64,000 nt of DNA from Candidatus Aenigmatarchaeota archaeon (GCA_038997355.1 JAWBAC010000001.1:4820-68819); one strand, 5' to 3'; positions 45,951 to 57,032 are shown, numbered from the stretch's first letter. Translations and numbers: made by a program. The notes: generated by a model from the sequence alone, not told the origin.

Positions 45951-46536
45951 ATTTCTTGGGAATTATTAAAGTTCCTTCACTTACATCTCCTAACTCTTCA
46001 GTCAAACCTTTAAAATGCATATAAGCTATTAATGCGCAAACAGTAGCGTCTAATTCATGCAAATTCTTAATTTCATTTTCGAAGCTAACATACTCTTTTA
46101 AAAAATTTAATATTTTGTCTTTTTCTTTTCTTGGAATACCAAAAATATCATAAAACGCACCAGGAAAAGTTTCTATAACTTTATAACCTAATTTTTCTAG
46201 TTCGTTTTTTAGTTTTATACCTCTTAAAGTTAACATTCTCATAGGTCCTAAGGTTATCGGAAAGAATTTTATTTTATATTTTCTTAACTCTAAATCGCAT
46301 TTTCTGAAATGTATATTATTTTTTTCATTTATATCTCTTCTTCCTTTTGGCAAAGATAATGGAGCATCTATAGCAATTACTATAGGCTTATATTTATCAA
46401 TTTTTTCTAATATTTCTTTATCAGAAAACAAAGAAAATGTTTTAACTTCGAATTTTTTGTTCATTATTGCAAAGCCGCTAATTCTTTTTTCGCTACCAGC
46501 CAAATCTATTCCACAAAAAATTAGCTTTCTGTGCAT
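45928..46536 (-). CDS. DUF429-like predicted RNase H-fold nuclease
   Basis: 202 aa. N-terminal CGIDLAGSEKR and IVIAIDAPLSLP fit the DUF429/COG2410 pattern. Confidence 0.4.
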   Translation of the reverse strand: MHRKLIFCGIDLAGSEKRISGFAIMNKKFEVKTFSLFSDKEILEKIDKYKPIVIAIDAPLSLPKGRRDINEKNNIHFRKCDLELRKYKIKFFPITLGPMRMLTLRGIKLKNELEKLGYKVIETFPGAFYDIFGIPRKEKDKILNFLKEYVSFENEIKNLHELDATVCALIAYMHFKGLTEELGDVSEGTLIIPKKYVQIHSI

Positions 46537-46943
46537 ATTATTGGCGAGTTGATGCTTGCTTTACATAATTCTTTTATTAAATTTTCTTCTGTTAAATTAA
46601 AAATGCTTCCTTCATATATAGGAGAAATAATTATTGCTTGAGAAACATTTCTCTTTACTAAGAAAAAATAAACATCATTATAAAATGTTTTCGAAATGTT
46701 TTCATAGTATTCTTTGCTACTGAATTCATTAGAGTAAACAATAGCTACTATTTTACCTTTATTTATAATTTCTCTCAAAATTTCTGTGCTTGGTTCTTCA
46801 TAAATAACTCTATCCTTTATTTTCTCAGAATATCCATAAATTCCTATATTTAAAGTTAAATATCCAGAAAAAATCGATAAAATAAGCAATGCCTCCGCTA
46901 TTATTATTCCTGCTATCAACCAAATTTTTGTATTTTTCTTCAT
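46521..46943 (-). CDS. hypothetical membrane-anchored protein
   Basis: 140 aa. Single N-terminal TM, then a soluble domain. Confidence 0.3.
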   Translation of the reverse strand: MKKNTKIWLIAGIIIAEALLILSIFSGYLTLNIGIYGYSEKIKDRVIYEEPSTEILREIINKGKIVAIVYSNEFSSKEYYENISKTFYNDVYFFLVKRNVSQAIIISPIYEGSIFNLTEENLIKELCKASINSPIICTES

Positions 46944-46950
46944 AATATTT

Positions 46951-47721
46951 ATGGTATTAGAATCTTTAATTGGAGTTAAGACTTTAAAAGAAAAACCTTG
47001 GATAGCATTTTTCTATTCTGCTATAATAGCGATAGTTAGTGTTTACGTTTCTTATGTTGTTTTTACAGAATATGCTGGAATTTTCATAGCAATTTTCATT
47101 TCTGTAGCAATTACACCAATATTTAAAACTCTTATATTATCTCAAATGAAAAAAGAAATATATAGATTTAGAAAGAGTTTTTTTGAAAGACATTATGAAA
47201 CCATAAAATCTTTCCTTATAATATTTTTCGGATTAGTTTTTGGATTAACATCTATTTTTTACATTCTTCCAGAAGAAATTTCAGAAAAAATTTTTAAACA
47301 ACAAATAGAAACTATAGAAAAAATAAGAGGAAACTTTATGGTAAATGATATTTTTCTTAAAATATTTCTAAATAATTTCTCTGTTCTAACTTTATCTTTT
47401 ATTCTATCTTTTATTTATGGCGGTTTCTTAATAGTTTTAGCTTGGAATATTACTGTTCTATCTTCTGCAATAGGAATGTTAAAAGAAACTTATGGAATTC
47501 TTGCCTTACCAATAGGATTGTTAACTTATTTACCTCACGGAATTTTTGAATTTATTGCATATTTTATAGGGAGTTTCGCAGGATTAATACTTTCCTCTTA
47601 TTTTATGAAAGGAAAATTTAAATCAAGCTACATACTTAAAGATGCTATAAGACTTTATTTGTTTGGAATAATTATTCTATTCATAGGTGCAATTATAGAA
47701 GTATATTTATTGTTATCTTAA
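46951..47721 (+). CDS. SpoIIM/DUF95-family membrane protein
   Basis: 256 aa. Multiple TM helices. LPHGIFEFIAYFIGSFAGL fits the DUF95 motif. Confidence 0.45.
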   Translation: MVLESLIGVKTLKEKPWIAFFYSAIIAIVSVYVSYVVFTEYAGIFIAIFISVAITPIFKTLILSQMKKEIYRFRKSFFERHYETIKSFLIIFFGLVFGLTSIFYILPEEISEKIFKQQIETIEKIRGNFMVNDIFLKIFLNNFSVLTLSFILSFIYGGFLIVLAWNITVLSSAIGMLKETYGILALPIGLLTYLPHGIFEFIAYFIGSFAGLILSSYFMKGKFKSSYILKDAIRLYLFGIIILFIGAIIEVYLLLS

Positions 47722-47729
47722 TTTTATTA

Positions 47730-48626
47730 ATGTATAATCATTTAATATTTTCACACAACGATTTAGATGGTTTAATAAGTGCAGCGATAGCTGCAAAAAG
47801 CTTAGAAGGAAAGTATAAGGTATATTTTTCTTCAAACGTTGCTCTAAAATCCTTATTTTTCAAAGCTTTATCCAAAATGGATAATTATGAAAACATTTAT
47901 TTCTTTGATTTTAGCATAAGAGAAGAAATATTAAAAGTTTCAGCAACATTATTTAAAAAAGTTGTTTGGATTGATCATCATATCAATAATAACATTTTAA
48001 ACTTTCAAAATTCAGAAATAATAATAGATACTTCTTCAGAAAGCGCCGCAAAATTAGTTGCAAAATATTTTAATTTTTATTCTGATTGGATTGATATAGT
48101 TAATGAAGTTGATACAAATAATTGCAAATCAGAAATTTCAATGATAATAAGAGATTATTTTTCCTATCTAAGAATAAAGTATAAAAATCTTTATAACAGA
48201 GTTCTTGCAATAAAAGTTAACAAAATTTTAGATACACATCCAAAAGATTTTATAAACATAGAAGAAGTAAAATCTTCTATTTCAGAATTCGAAAAAATGA
48301 AACAACATTTTATAGAAATTATAGATAGTTCTTTTGAAATTAGAGATGTAAAAAATTTAAAAATTGCAACAGTCGAAATTAAAGAGAATATTCCTCCTTA
48401 TATAATTTATGACCATGTAAAATCCAAAAATAATGCAGATATGCTTTTAATAATCTACAGAGGTTTGAGAGGAACAAAATTAGAATTTAGAAGTTTTAAC
48501 GATATAGATGTACAAAAGATTGCTAAATTCTTTAATGGTGGCGGCCATAAAAAGGCTTCTGGCGCTTATTTGAAAGAAAACCTAACAAAATCACAAATAT
48601 TGCAAAAAATAGAAGAGTTATTATGA
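47730..48626 (+). CDS. DHH/DHHA1 phosphoesterase (NrnA-like nanoRNase/pAp phosphatase)
   Basis: 298 aa. N-terminal FSHNDLDG (DHH motif I), WIDHH (motif III) and GGGHKKASGA (DHHA1). Confidence 0.65.
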   Translation: MYNHLIFSHNDLDGLISAAIAAKSLEGKYKVYFSSNVALKSLFFKALSKMDNYENIYFFDFSIREEILKVSATLFKKVVWIDHHINNNILNFQNSEIIIDTSSESAAKLVAKYFNFYSDWIDIVNEVDTNNCKSEISMIIRDYFSYLRIKYKNLYNRVLAIKVNKILDTHPKDFINIEEVKSSISEFEKMKQHFIEIIDSSFEIRDVKNLKIATVEIKENIPPYIIYDHVKSKNNADMLLIIYRGLRGTKLEFRSFNDIDVQKIAKFFNGGGHKKASGAYLKENLTKSQILQKIEELL

Positions 48627-49116
48627 GAAGTTCTAAGGAAAAACTTCCTAAAGAAAAAGAAGATACTGAAAGATTTAAATAACTTCTTATACAGGTTTTA
48701 CCACTCTGTATAGTGCAATATTCTGTAGAACAATCCTGAATTATTTCTCCATAACTTTTAACTAATCCACTACTACAAACTTTAATTTCTACTCTTCTAC
48801 CTTGTAAGCTAGTATAAGCAATCAATCTTATTGGTACAGAATTTTCCTGATTAGGTTCTAAGCTCAAAGAATAACTTATAGGACTAACATAAACATCTAA
48901 ACTGTTTGATGTAAGAGTTATATTATAAATGTCGCCCAAAAAACCAGAATTTTTGATAGTTATATAAAATATAACCTCTTCATTCAATTTAGCATTTACA
49001 TTTTGTGGAATTCTAACAGAAAAACTATATGGAAGAAAAGAATGCGAAAATGTATAAAAAGCGAAAAATAGTGCTACAATAATTATAAAAATAAATACTT
49101 TATTAAGGCTAATCAT
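48532..49116 (-). CDS. secreted/membrane-anchored hypothetical protein
   Basis: 194 aa. N-terminal signal-like TM and C-terminal TM plus basic tail. 95-nt convergent overlap with the DHH gene. Confidence 0.35.
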   Translation of the reverse strand: MISLNKVFIFIIIVALFFAFYTFSHSFLPYSFSVRIPQNVNAKLNEEVIFYITIKNSGFLGDIYNITLTSNSLDVYVSPISYSLSLEPNQENSVPIRLIAYTSLQGRRVEIKVCSSGLVKSYGEIIQDCSTEYCTIQSGKTCIRSYLNLSVSSFSLGSFSLELLIITLLFFAIFVILLGFLSNKRQKPFYGRHH

Positions 49117-49129
49117 AAATTATATTAGA

Positions 49130-50401
49130 ATGATAAAAATAAAGTTTTTAGGCGCACTAAATGAAATTGGAAACAGTGGAATACTAATAGAAACAGAAAA
49201 AGAAAAAGTAGTTTTAGATTATGGATTAAAAGTTTTTGAAAATCCACCAAAACCACCTTTAAAAGTTAATAGTGTTGATTACGTTATTTTATCGCATTCA
49301 CATTTAGATCATAGTGGTTCTTTGCCTTTACTATTACACTCTAAACCAAAAGTATATGCACTAAGACCAACAAAAGAAATCACAAAAATATTACTAAAAG
49401 ATAACTTAAAGGTTTTGAAAAGAAAAGGAATAATCACATACTTTAACGAAAATGATATAGAAAAAATTATTTCTAGATTTAGAAATTTAACATACGAAAA
49501 AAATTTAGATAAAAAAACATTTAGTTTTAAGTTAATAGATGCAGGCCATATATTAGGAGCTAGCATGATAGAAATAATTTCTGAGGATAAAAGAATAATT
49601 TATACAGGAGATTTTAAGTTAAAAGAAACAAATCTTACTTTTGGAGCTTCTTTGCCAGAAAAAGATCCAGATATATTAATTACAGAAAGTACTTATTGGT
49701 ATAGAGTTTTGCCAGAGAGAGATAAATTAGAGAAAGAATTTGTAAATGATATAAAAGAAGTTTTGGATAAAGATGGTACAGTATTACTACCTTCGCTAGC
49801 TGTAGGAAGAGCACAAGAAATTTTAACAATTTTAGCAAAGTATAATTTACATAAACAAGTTGAAATATATGTAGATGGTATGATAATAGAAGTTAATAAA
49901 GTATATTCTCAATTCGAAAATTATCTTAATGACAGAAAAAACTTTATTAAAGCATTAAAGGAAGTTAAAAAAGTTAAGAGAAGAGCTCAAAGAAAAGAAA
50001 TAATTAAAAAGCAAAGCCCAAAAATTATTATTGCTGGCTCTGGAATGTTAGAAGGAGGTCCTGCAAATTATTATGCTAGATATGTTATAGAAGATGAAAA
50101 CTCTGCAATATTTTTAACATGCTATCAAGTTGAAAAAACTGTTGGAAGAACTTTACTAGAAACTGGTAGACTAATAACTAATGATGGATTAAATAAAAAA
50201 GTTAAATGTAAATATAAACTATATGAATTTTCTGCTCATGCAGATAGAGAAGAAATTTTAGAATTTATTGAACGATTAAACCCTAAAATTGTTTTTTTAG
50301 TACATGGAGAAAATTTAGAAAATTTCGAAAAAGAACTAAAAGAAAGAAATATTAATGCAATTGTGCCTACATATGAAAGCAATACATATATTTTACCCTA
50401 A
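49130..50401 (+). CDS. beta-CASP metallo-beta-lactamase ribonuclease (aCPSF2-like, short form)
   Basis: 423 aa. ILSHSHLDHSGSLP (HxHxDH), later D and H motifs. Size of the archaeal short beta-CASP RNases. Confidence 0.7.
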   Translation: MIKIKFLGALNEIGNSGILIETEKEKVVLDYGLKVFENPPKPPLKVNSVDYVILSHSHLDHSGSLPLLLHSKPKVYALRPTKEITKILLKDNLKVLKRKGIITYFNENDIEKIISRFRNLTYEKNLDKKTFSFKLIDAGHILGASMIEIISEDKRIIYTGDFKLKETNLTFGASLPEKDPDILITESTYWYRVLPERDKLEKEFVNDIKEVLDKDGTVLLPSLAVGRAQEILTILAKYNLHKQVEIYVDGMIIEVNKVYSQFENYLNDRKNFIKALKEVKKVKRRAQRKEIIKKQSPKIIIAGSGMLEGGPANYYARYVIEDENSAIFLTCYQVEKTVGRTLLETGRLITNDGLNKKVKCKYKLYEFSAHADREEILEFIERLNPKIVFLVHGENLENFEKELKERNINAIVPTYESNTYILP

Positions 50402-51568
50402 TAGTTTTTCTTCTATCCTTAGCATCTCATTAATTTTTACTGTTCTTTCTCCAGCAATTCCCAGCTTAATATAATCAGCTCCGAAACCCACAGCCAAATG
50501 AGAAATAATTGGATCTTCTGTTTCTCCACTTCTGTGAGAAAATACTAGCTTAATATCGTTCTTTTTTGCAAATCTTACTAATTCTGCAACTCTTGAAATT
50601 AATCCAACTTGATTTGGTTTAACTATTACAGCATTAACAGATTTTAATTCTACTGCTTTTTTTAATCTTTCTATATTTGTGGCGATTAAATCATCGCCAA
50701 CTATTAATTTTTGAGAAAAATGAGAATAAAAAGTTGAAAAACTAACAAAATCGTCTTCATGAAATGGATCTTCGATATAAAATATTCGTGATTCACTAAC
50801 CAAATCAAACAAATAAGTTAAATATTCGATTCTGTTCATTTCTAATCCTTCTTTTTCTAAAACATACAAATTCTTTTCTGCATCATAAAAAGAAGATGCC
50901 GCAACATCTATTCCCAAAAGCAAATCGATAGAAAATTTATCAAGAATTTCCAAAATTTTTTTAGTAGATAAATTTGTTATCCATGCTGATTCTATATTTC
51001 TTCCAAAATTGAATTTCCTATCTTCTATTTTGAGTATTTCTGCAATTCTAAAATATGCGTTTATAATCTTTTTTATCTCTTCCTTAAAATATGGTGATTT
51101 AGCTATTAGCAAAAACTCTTGAAAATCGCTCCCTCCAAAATGTTTTCCCCCACCAATAACATTACATACTGGTTTTGGAATTTTTACCTTTTCCCCAAAA
51201 TGATCAGAAACATATTCAAAAACCTCTAAATCTTCATGCAATGCAAAAGCTTTAATCATTGCTAAAGAAATCCCTAAAGCTAAATTTCCTCCAATTTTTT
51301 CTAAGTTTGGTGTATCATCATATTTTTGAATTACTTGCTCTACTTCTTCAAATGTTTTGAATTCCTTCATTTTAAACTCATCCTTTATTCTTAGAAAGTT
51401 TTCAATAACTTTTTCAGTTGGTAAATTAACAACTTCATATTTACCTTTACTAGTACCTATAGGAACACTAGCCCTAACTTTTCCCTTAGAAATTTCTACT
51501 TCTACTTCTATAGTACTTTTTAGATTGTGAGAAAAAATTTCCCTTATAGAAATATCTCTTACTATCAT
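50393..51568 (-). CDS. eno: enolase (phosphopyruvate hydratase), short divergent form
   Basis: 391 aa. FSHRSGETED is the enolase signature. N-terminal capping domain present. Confidence 0.7.
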   Translation of the reverse strand: MIVRDISIREIFSHNLKSTIEVEVEISKGKVRASVPIGTSKGKYEVVNLPTEKVIENFLRIKDEFKMKEFKTFEEVEQVIQKYDDTPNLEKIGGNLALGISLAMIKAFALHEDLEVFEYVSDHFGEKVKIPKPVCNVIGGGKHFGGSDFQEFLLIAKSPYFKEEIKKIINAYFRIAEILKIEDRKFNFGRNIESAWITNLSTKKILEILDKFSIDLLLGIDVAASSFYDAEKNLYVLEKEGLEMNRIEYLTYLFDLVSESRIFYIEDPFHEDDFVSFSTFYSHFSQKLIVGDDLIATNIERLKKAVELKSVNAVIVKPNQVGLISRVAELVRFAKKNDIKLVFSHRSGETEDPIISHLAVGFGADYIKLGIAGERTVKINEMLRIEEKLLG

Positions 51569-52770
51569 AGTTTTTTAAGAAAGTTCCATAAATCTTTGGG
51601 ATAGAATTCTTTCTTAGATTTTGAAGCATCAACTTCGCTAAAGTTCTTCATACTATTTCCTTTTATCTTCTCGCTATAAATTAATATTGGTACGAAACCA
51701 AATTCATGCCTTCCAGTAATACAATCCGTAATGTGATCTCCAGTAATTACTAAAGCGCTATTTTCAAAATCAATATTATTTAATAAATATCCAACGTATT
51801 TATCTAACATTTCTATAACTTCTTTTTTTCTTTTGCAATCTTTATCATGCCCAGCTTCATCTGCACCTTTAATATGCATATAAATTATTTGATATTTTTT
51901 TCTAGCTTCTAATGCTTTCTTAAATATGAAATCGAATTGGTTTTCTAATTCCATTTCTTCAACATTTATTGTTTCAAAACCCGCAACTTTACAGCTACCC
52001 TTTATTACGCCATTCTCTGCTATAACAACTCCATTTTTAAACTTCCATTTTTTGAAAAAATTAGGTATTTTTGGTAATTTATTTCCAGCTTCTCTAGTTA
52101 ATAAATAATTCGCTTCTAATAATCCAAGCTCTTTTCTTTTTTTGTTTATTTCGTGTTTCTTTGCAAAAAAGTAAAATTTTTCTAAAAGTTTTTGAACTAT
52201 TTGAGCAGATTTTTTAGCTAAGGGTTTTTTAGAAGTTGGTAAAACAAAATTCACTCTTTTTCCATTTTCTAATGGATCGCTATTAGTTATTTCATCGCTC
52301 AACTTCTCTTTTATAATTAAAACACCCCTATGCCCATAAGTTCTTTTTAATACAAATGGAACTTCAAAATCAATTTTATTAAAATCTTCAACTAATTTAT
52401 CTAATCCATAAACATTCCTACCAACTCTTCTATCTTTAACTATTAAATTTTCGTCTACACTTCCAAAATCTACTCTAATAGCAAGCCAACCATTCTTATA
52501 TTCTAAATCGCTACCAATCGCTTCTATTACTCCTCTTTTAATGTAAAGTTTTGAAACATTATAACCTAAAATGCTGAAATTTGCATATTGGCTAACGCTT
52601 GCATATCCGCTTTTTGGCCATGTTTTTTTAGTTAATGGCCAAAATCTTGCAACTATTGATTTAGATAAAATAGAAGATATATTGGGCTTAATCGCTAATT
52701 TTAATGGCGTGTCTTTTCTTTTTAAATCTGCTAGTCCATCAACTAAGATAAAAAATATGTTTTCAAGCAT
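51565..52770 (-). CDS. apgM: 2,3-bisphosphoglycerate-independent phosphoglycerate mutase, archaeal type
   Basis: 401 aa. N-terminal ILVDGLAD. Size matches ApgM. 4-nt overlap with enolase (operon). Confidence 0.75.
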   Translation of the reverse strand: MLENIFFILVDGLADLKRKDTPLKLAIKPNISSILSKSIVARFWPLTKKTWPKSGYASVSQYANFSILGYNVSKLYIKRGVIEAIGSDLEYKNGWLAIRVDFGSVDENLIVKDRRVGRNVYGLDKLVEDFNKIDFEVPFVLKRTYGHRGVLIIKEKLSDEITNSDPLENGKRVNFVLPTSKKPLAKKSAQIVQKLLEKFYFFAKKHEINKKRKELGLLEANYLLTREAGNKLPKIPNFFKKWKFKNGVVIAENGVIKGSCKVAGFETINVEEMELENQFDFIFKKALEARKKYQIIYMHIKGADEAGHDKDCKRKKEVIEMLDKYVGYLLNNIDFENSALVITGDHITDCITGRHEFGFVPILIYSEKIKGNSMKNFSEVDASKSKKEFYPKDLWNFLKKL

Positions 52771-52777
52771 AAAATAA

Positions 52778-54175
52778 TTATCTTAATACATACTTTATTT
52801 TTGGTTTAGAAAACTTTATTTCTCCAACAATTTCTAAAAGAGGTTTTATAGTATAAGAAATTATTACTTCTTCTTTAGGCTTTAATTCTCTAATTTTCCA
52901 AGTTAATTCATATCCATCCTTAGTTTTTTTAACTGTCGGTTTTATAGTTTCAAAAGAAACAATAGAGAATAAAGAAGGTACAAAGTCTTTGATTTCTATA
53001 TTTTTCATTTTTTTGTTCTTTCTGTTTTTAATTATTAGCTTAATTTTATAAATCTCTTCTTCTTTTTCAACTTTTTTAGTATAAATTGGTACAAAATAGA
53101 AGAAGAATAAAAACATAAAAGCAAGTAAAAGTATTAAAGAAATTGTTGCAATAGGAATCCAATAAATTATTGAATAAGAGAATTTTATCTCTTCTCCAGG
53201 CTTTAGATTAATATTCCATATTGCAACATCATCTTTTATTTCTGGTTGCAAATCTTTAAAAACAGTAAAATATCTTAACAAAGCTGGAATTCTTTCTTCT
53301 AATTTAACATTTTCCTCTACATTTCCATAATTTTTAAGATTGATCGTAATTTTGTATTCTAAAAATGTTTGCTCTACTTTTACATCTTTTGAAACATTTC
53401 TAACTTCTTTTACTTCTACATCAAACACTAATTTAGAAATTAATTTGTTAGATTCGTCATAAGAACTTATTACATAAGAATATTTTCCAGGTTTTGTATA
53501 AAGAGTAATTTTCTCATTATATGTAAATGTTTCTTCTGAAAACGAAAGAATGTTTAAATTATATTCTTTTTCGCTAATTAAAGTTTTTCCCTCATAATAC
53601 TTTTGTAAAAATATTTTAACGTTTGATGCGTATTCCTTTAAATTTTTAAATTTTACATATATATTTACTTCATCGTCTATGTTTAAAATTTGCTTATTAA
53701 CACCAAAATCTTCAACAATTATTTCGCTTTTGCTCGAAACCTCTAAAGAAACCTCATACACATCTAAGGTTTTTCCATATGTTGGATGAAAATACTCTAC
53801 AAAAATCTTATATGTTACTATTCTTTCCCTAGAAGTTATTGGTATCTTTATTATTAAGTATGTAGTTGATTGAGAGTTTGCCTTAACTAATAATTCATTA
53901 TTCTCTACATAAGCACTAATACCTTCAAAATATGGTGGAAAAACAGTTAGAAATACTTTCAAATCAGAATTTAAAGGATTTGAAATTTTTATAGGTATTT
54001 TTAAAGTATCGCCAGCAACTGCTCTAACATATCTTTGAACATCAACAAAAATAGAAGATGATTCTATTGGTTTTAGTATTAAAAGGTTTATTGCAAAAAC
54101 TAAAAAAATTGTTATTAATATTTCTCTTTTCATCATATTTATTTTCATTTTAAAATTATTTAAGTTTTTTGCCAT
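52778..54175 (-). CDS. hypothetical extracellular protein with signal peptide and distal TM segment
   Basis: 465 aa. N-terminal hydrophobic signal. TM at ~aa 330-355. Beta-rich composition. Confidence 0.4.
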   Translation of the reverse strand: MAKNLNNFKMKINMMKREILITIFLVFAINLLILKPIESSSIFVDVQRYVRAVAGDTLKIPIKISNPLNSDLKVFLTVFPPYFEGISAYVENNELLVKANSQSTTYLIIKIPITSRERIVTYKIFVEYFHPTYGKTLDVYEVSLEVSSKSEIIVEDFGVNKQILNIDDEVNIYVKFKNLKEYASNVKIFLQKYYEGKTLISEKEYNLNILSFSEETFTYNEKITLYTKPGKYSYVISSYDESNKLISKLVFDVEVKEVRNVSKDVKVEQTFLEYKITINLKNYGNVEENVKLEERIPALLRYFTVFKDLQPEIKDDVAIWNINLKPGEEIKFSYSIIYWIPIATISLILLLAFMFLFFFYFVPIYTKKVEKEEEIYKIKLIIKNRKNKKMKNIEIKDFVPSLFSIVSFETIKPTVKKTKDGYELTWKIRELKPKEEVIISYTIKPLLEIVGEIKFSKPKIKYVLR

Positions 54176-54692
54176 ATTCGTTGTAAAAAAGAATAGATTC
54201 CAAAGGTTTTCTTTCTGGTCTTACTGGATCTTCATCTGCATAGCCTACAGGAATTATAAATATTGGTTTTATATTTTCAGGAAGTTTTAATAATTCGCTA
54301 ATCTTTTTATCATCGAAAGCAGCAACTATACAACTAGCTAATCCCAACGCAGTTAAACTTAAAATGAAATTTGCTGCAGCAAAAGAGCAATCCATATACA
54401 TATATCTTTCTTTACCTCTCTTCCCATATGCATTATATATTTCTTCTTCATCAGCACAAATAACCAAAACATAAGGAGCTTCCTTGATGAAATCTTGATT
54501 ATAAGAATATTCGGCAAGTTTTTCTTTAATCTTTTCGTCTTCAACTAAAATAAATCTCCATTCTTGAGTATTACCAGCTGAAGGGGCTAAAATTGCTAAA
54601 TCTAAGGCGGCAAGTATATACTTTAAATCTGGCTTAATTCTTTTATATTTTCTTATACTTTTTCTTTTTTGTATGGCTTCAAAGATATTCAT
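54156..54692 (-). CDS. nitroreductase-family protein
   Basis: 178 aa. N-terminal EAIQKRKSIRKY. PSAGNTQEW region. Confidence 0.7.
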   Translation of the reverse strand: MNIFEAIQKRKSIRKYKRIKPDLKYILAALDLAILAPSAGNTQEWRFILVEDEKIKEKLAEYSYNQDFIKEAPYVLVICADEEEIYNAYGKRGKERYMYMDCSFAAANFILSLTALGLASCIVAAFDDKKISELLKLPENIKPIFIIPVGYADEDPVRPERKPLESILFYNEYGKKLK

Positions 54693-55435
54693 AGAAAACT
54701 TCTAAATTTAAACATTTCCCATATGCTAGGTTTAAACTCTATTAACTCTCCACTTAAATAACTTGCAAAAGTTAAAATCTGAGAAGATATGAAAGAATTA
54801 GGATAAAGCTCTATGAAAGGAACTCTTTTTTCAATAGAGATTCTTACTCTCTTATCTTCTGGAAGAATTAAATTAATTTCTCTATTCAAATATTCTTCAA
54901 TCTTTTTTACATCATTTTTGTTATTAACTCTGTTTGCAACAACAGAAATAACTCTTTTATCTATTCTTTTACAAACTTCTAAAACTCTCTTCGCATCTAT
55001 TATGCTCGAAATTTCTGGATTTACAACTAATATTATTTCATTAGAATTCATTAAAGATGTTAATGCTTCTCTTCCAATTCCTGCTGCTGTATCTAAGATT
55101 ATAAATTCATCCTTTAATTTTTCTAAAAATATTTTGAAGTTTTCGATTCTAGCATTAATCATAGATTCTAAATCTACACTACCAGCAACTATTTTAAAGC
55201 CATAAGCTGTTCTAAAAATTATTTTACTTACATCGTTAACTTTTTCACTTAGAAAATCGTGAATAGTATTAAAATAAGTTAAATATCCGCTTAATAATGC
55301 GGTGTTTGGAGTTGTAAAGTTTGCATCTATTAATGTTACGCTTTTATTCAACTTAGCTAACGCATATGCTAAATTTACTGAAAAGAATGTTTTTCCTGCA
55401 CCACCTTTTCCGCTAGTTACAGCTATTATTCTCAT
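54689..55435 (-). CDS. MinD/ParA-family P-loop ATPase
   Basis: 248 aa. IAVTSGKGGAGKT is the deviant Walker A. Confidence 0.7.
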   Translation of the reverse strand: MRIIAVTSGKGGAGKTFFSVNLAYALAKLNKSVTLIDANFTTPNTALLSGYLTYFNTIHDFLSEKVNDVSKIIFRTAYGFKIVAGSVDLESMINARIENFKIFLEKLKDEFIILDTAAGIGREALTSLMNSNEIILVVNPEISSIIDAKRVLEVCKRIDKRVISVVANRVNNKNDVKKIEEYLNREINLILPEDKRVRISIEKRVPFIELYPNSFISSQILTFASYLSGELIEFKPSIWEMFKFRSFL

Positions 55436-56850
55436 AATACTAACTTTTCTTTAAAAATGAATTTTCTAAGGAATTTTCCAAAGCTTTCATCTTCTTTAAC
55501 AAAACTCATTATTTTAGATGTTTCGTTAGTTATATCGAATTGTTTTGAAATTGAAGAAGCAACAAAGCTTGGAATTCCTTTTTCTCTTAAAGTCTTTTCA
55601 TCTTTGCTTAAGCTATCTATAATTTTATCTATTGCTCTAACAAATCTTCTTGGAACTTCTGCTACCCATCTATCTTTTTCTATGTAAGTTAAATAGTCCT
55701 TATACTTTTCCAAAAATCTCTTAGTATTTTCTAAATCGAAAAAAATTGGACCTAATTTTTTCTCAACTTTTGGTAATTTAGAAATTTCCATTTCTAAAAC
55801 CAAATAGCAATATTTTTCGTTGCAATAAACATCTTTATTCAAAACTTTAAAATTATATTTTAGCAAAATATCTTCTATTCTATTTGCAAATTTTCTCATT
55901 TGAGGATAAATTATATCATCAACAACTTTTGGTCTAAAAAATCTTAAAACTATTAATTCAGTTCTTCTATCCATTTGATATTTTATTAATTCTTCTTGCT
56001 TTATAGTTTCATATTCTTTTGGTATGAAAAATTTAATCGAAGGATTTTCTAAAAACTTTCTTGCCAAATTTATAAACTTAAAATAATTTTCTACACTTAC
56101 AGCAGCCGCTGCATTTCTATCTTTATCAACAGGATCAATAATTATTAGAGGTTGATTTTTAAATATTTTTGGCAAGAATTCTTTTTCCTTTTCTGAATAA
56201 TAATTTTCGATATCTATTATAGTTATCGGTTTCCAATTTGCAGCTGCTTTAATAACATTCAAAAAGCTACCATAATTAATTATTAATAGCTCGCAAACAT
56301 ATCCGCTAAAGCCATTAACTTTTGCATCTGCTCCATAAATCTCGTTTGCAAGCATAAACTTCTTTAATAATCTTACTTCATCGTTTAAAATATTTTTTAT
56401 TTTCTCTCTAACATAAGTTGTGTGAAATGGTGTTCTATCTACTGCGCTAATTCTTTCGCTGGCTTTTTCAACTCTATATGCAGGAACTATATCAATTTGA
56501 ACATCTCTATATTTAATTCTTACATATGGATGTTCTGCATATTCTATAACATATTCTGCATTCAAATCTTCTGCAATTCTTCTACCAATTAATAATCCGA
56601 GTTCTTCTAATCTATCTCTATCAACCTTCGGAGAAAACAGAATAAAAACATCCATCTCATATTTTTTTGGTAACCAAGTATTTTTTGCAAAACTTCCACA
56701 AAGCATAACCTCTGCATTATATACTTTTGCATGTTGATTTGCAACATTAAGAACTTTTTCTTTTATTTCTTCCATATAATCGTATTCTGCTTTAGTAGGA
56801 ATTGATAATTTTAATGCCTCTTTTATAACTTCTTTATATTTTTCTTCCAT
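55432..56850 (-). CDS. cca: CCA-adding tRNA nucleotidyltransferase (archaeal class I)
   Basis: 472 aa. N-terminal polymerase-beta-like region GSFAKNTWLPKKYEMDVFILF. Size and layout match the archaeal CCA enzyme. Confidence 0.8.
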   Translation of the reverse strand: MEEKYKEVIKEALKLSIPTKAEYDYMEEIKEKVLNVANQHAKVYNAEVMLCGSFAKNTWLPKKYEMDVFILFSPKVDRDRLEELGLLIGRRIAEDLNAEYVIEYAEHPYVRIKYRDVQIDIVPAYRVEKASERISAVDRTPFHTTYVREKIKNILNDEVRLLKKFMLANEIYGADAKVNGFSGYVCELLIINYGSFLNVIKAAANWKPITIIDIENYYSEKEKEFLPKIFKNQPLIIIDPVDKDRNAAAAVSVENYFKFINLARKFLENPSIKFFIPKEYETIKQEELIKYQMDRRTELIVLRFFRPKVVDDIIYPQMRKFANRIEDILLKYNFKVLNKDVYCNEKYCYLVLEMEISKLPKVEKKLGPIFFDLENTKRFLEKYKDYLTYIEKDRWVAEVPRRFVRAIDKIIDSLSKDEKTLREKGIPSFVASSISKQFDITNETSKIMSFVKEDESFGKFLRKFIFKEKLVL

Positions 56851-56909
56851 AAATATTTGGAAGTAATAATTTATTTTGATTGTTGATATATTTTTAAATT
56901 ATATAGCAG

Positions 56910-56984
56910 AGCGGGGTAGGGCAGCCTGGAGTGCCCGCCGGGCTCATAACCCGGAGGTCCCCGGTTCAAATCCGGGCCCCGCTA
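56910..56984 (+). tRNA. initiator tRNA-Met (anticodon CAT)
   Basis: AGCGGGG/CCCCGCT acceptor with A1:U72. Anticodon stem ending in three G:C pairs (CCGGG/CCCGG). Loop CTCATAA. T-loop TTCAAAT. Confidence 0.8.
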
Positions 56985-57032
56985 TAATTAATTCTTTCCA
57001 CTCTTCTCCAAAGAATTAAAAAATAAAAAAGA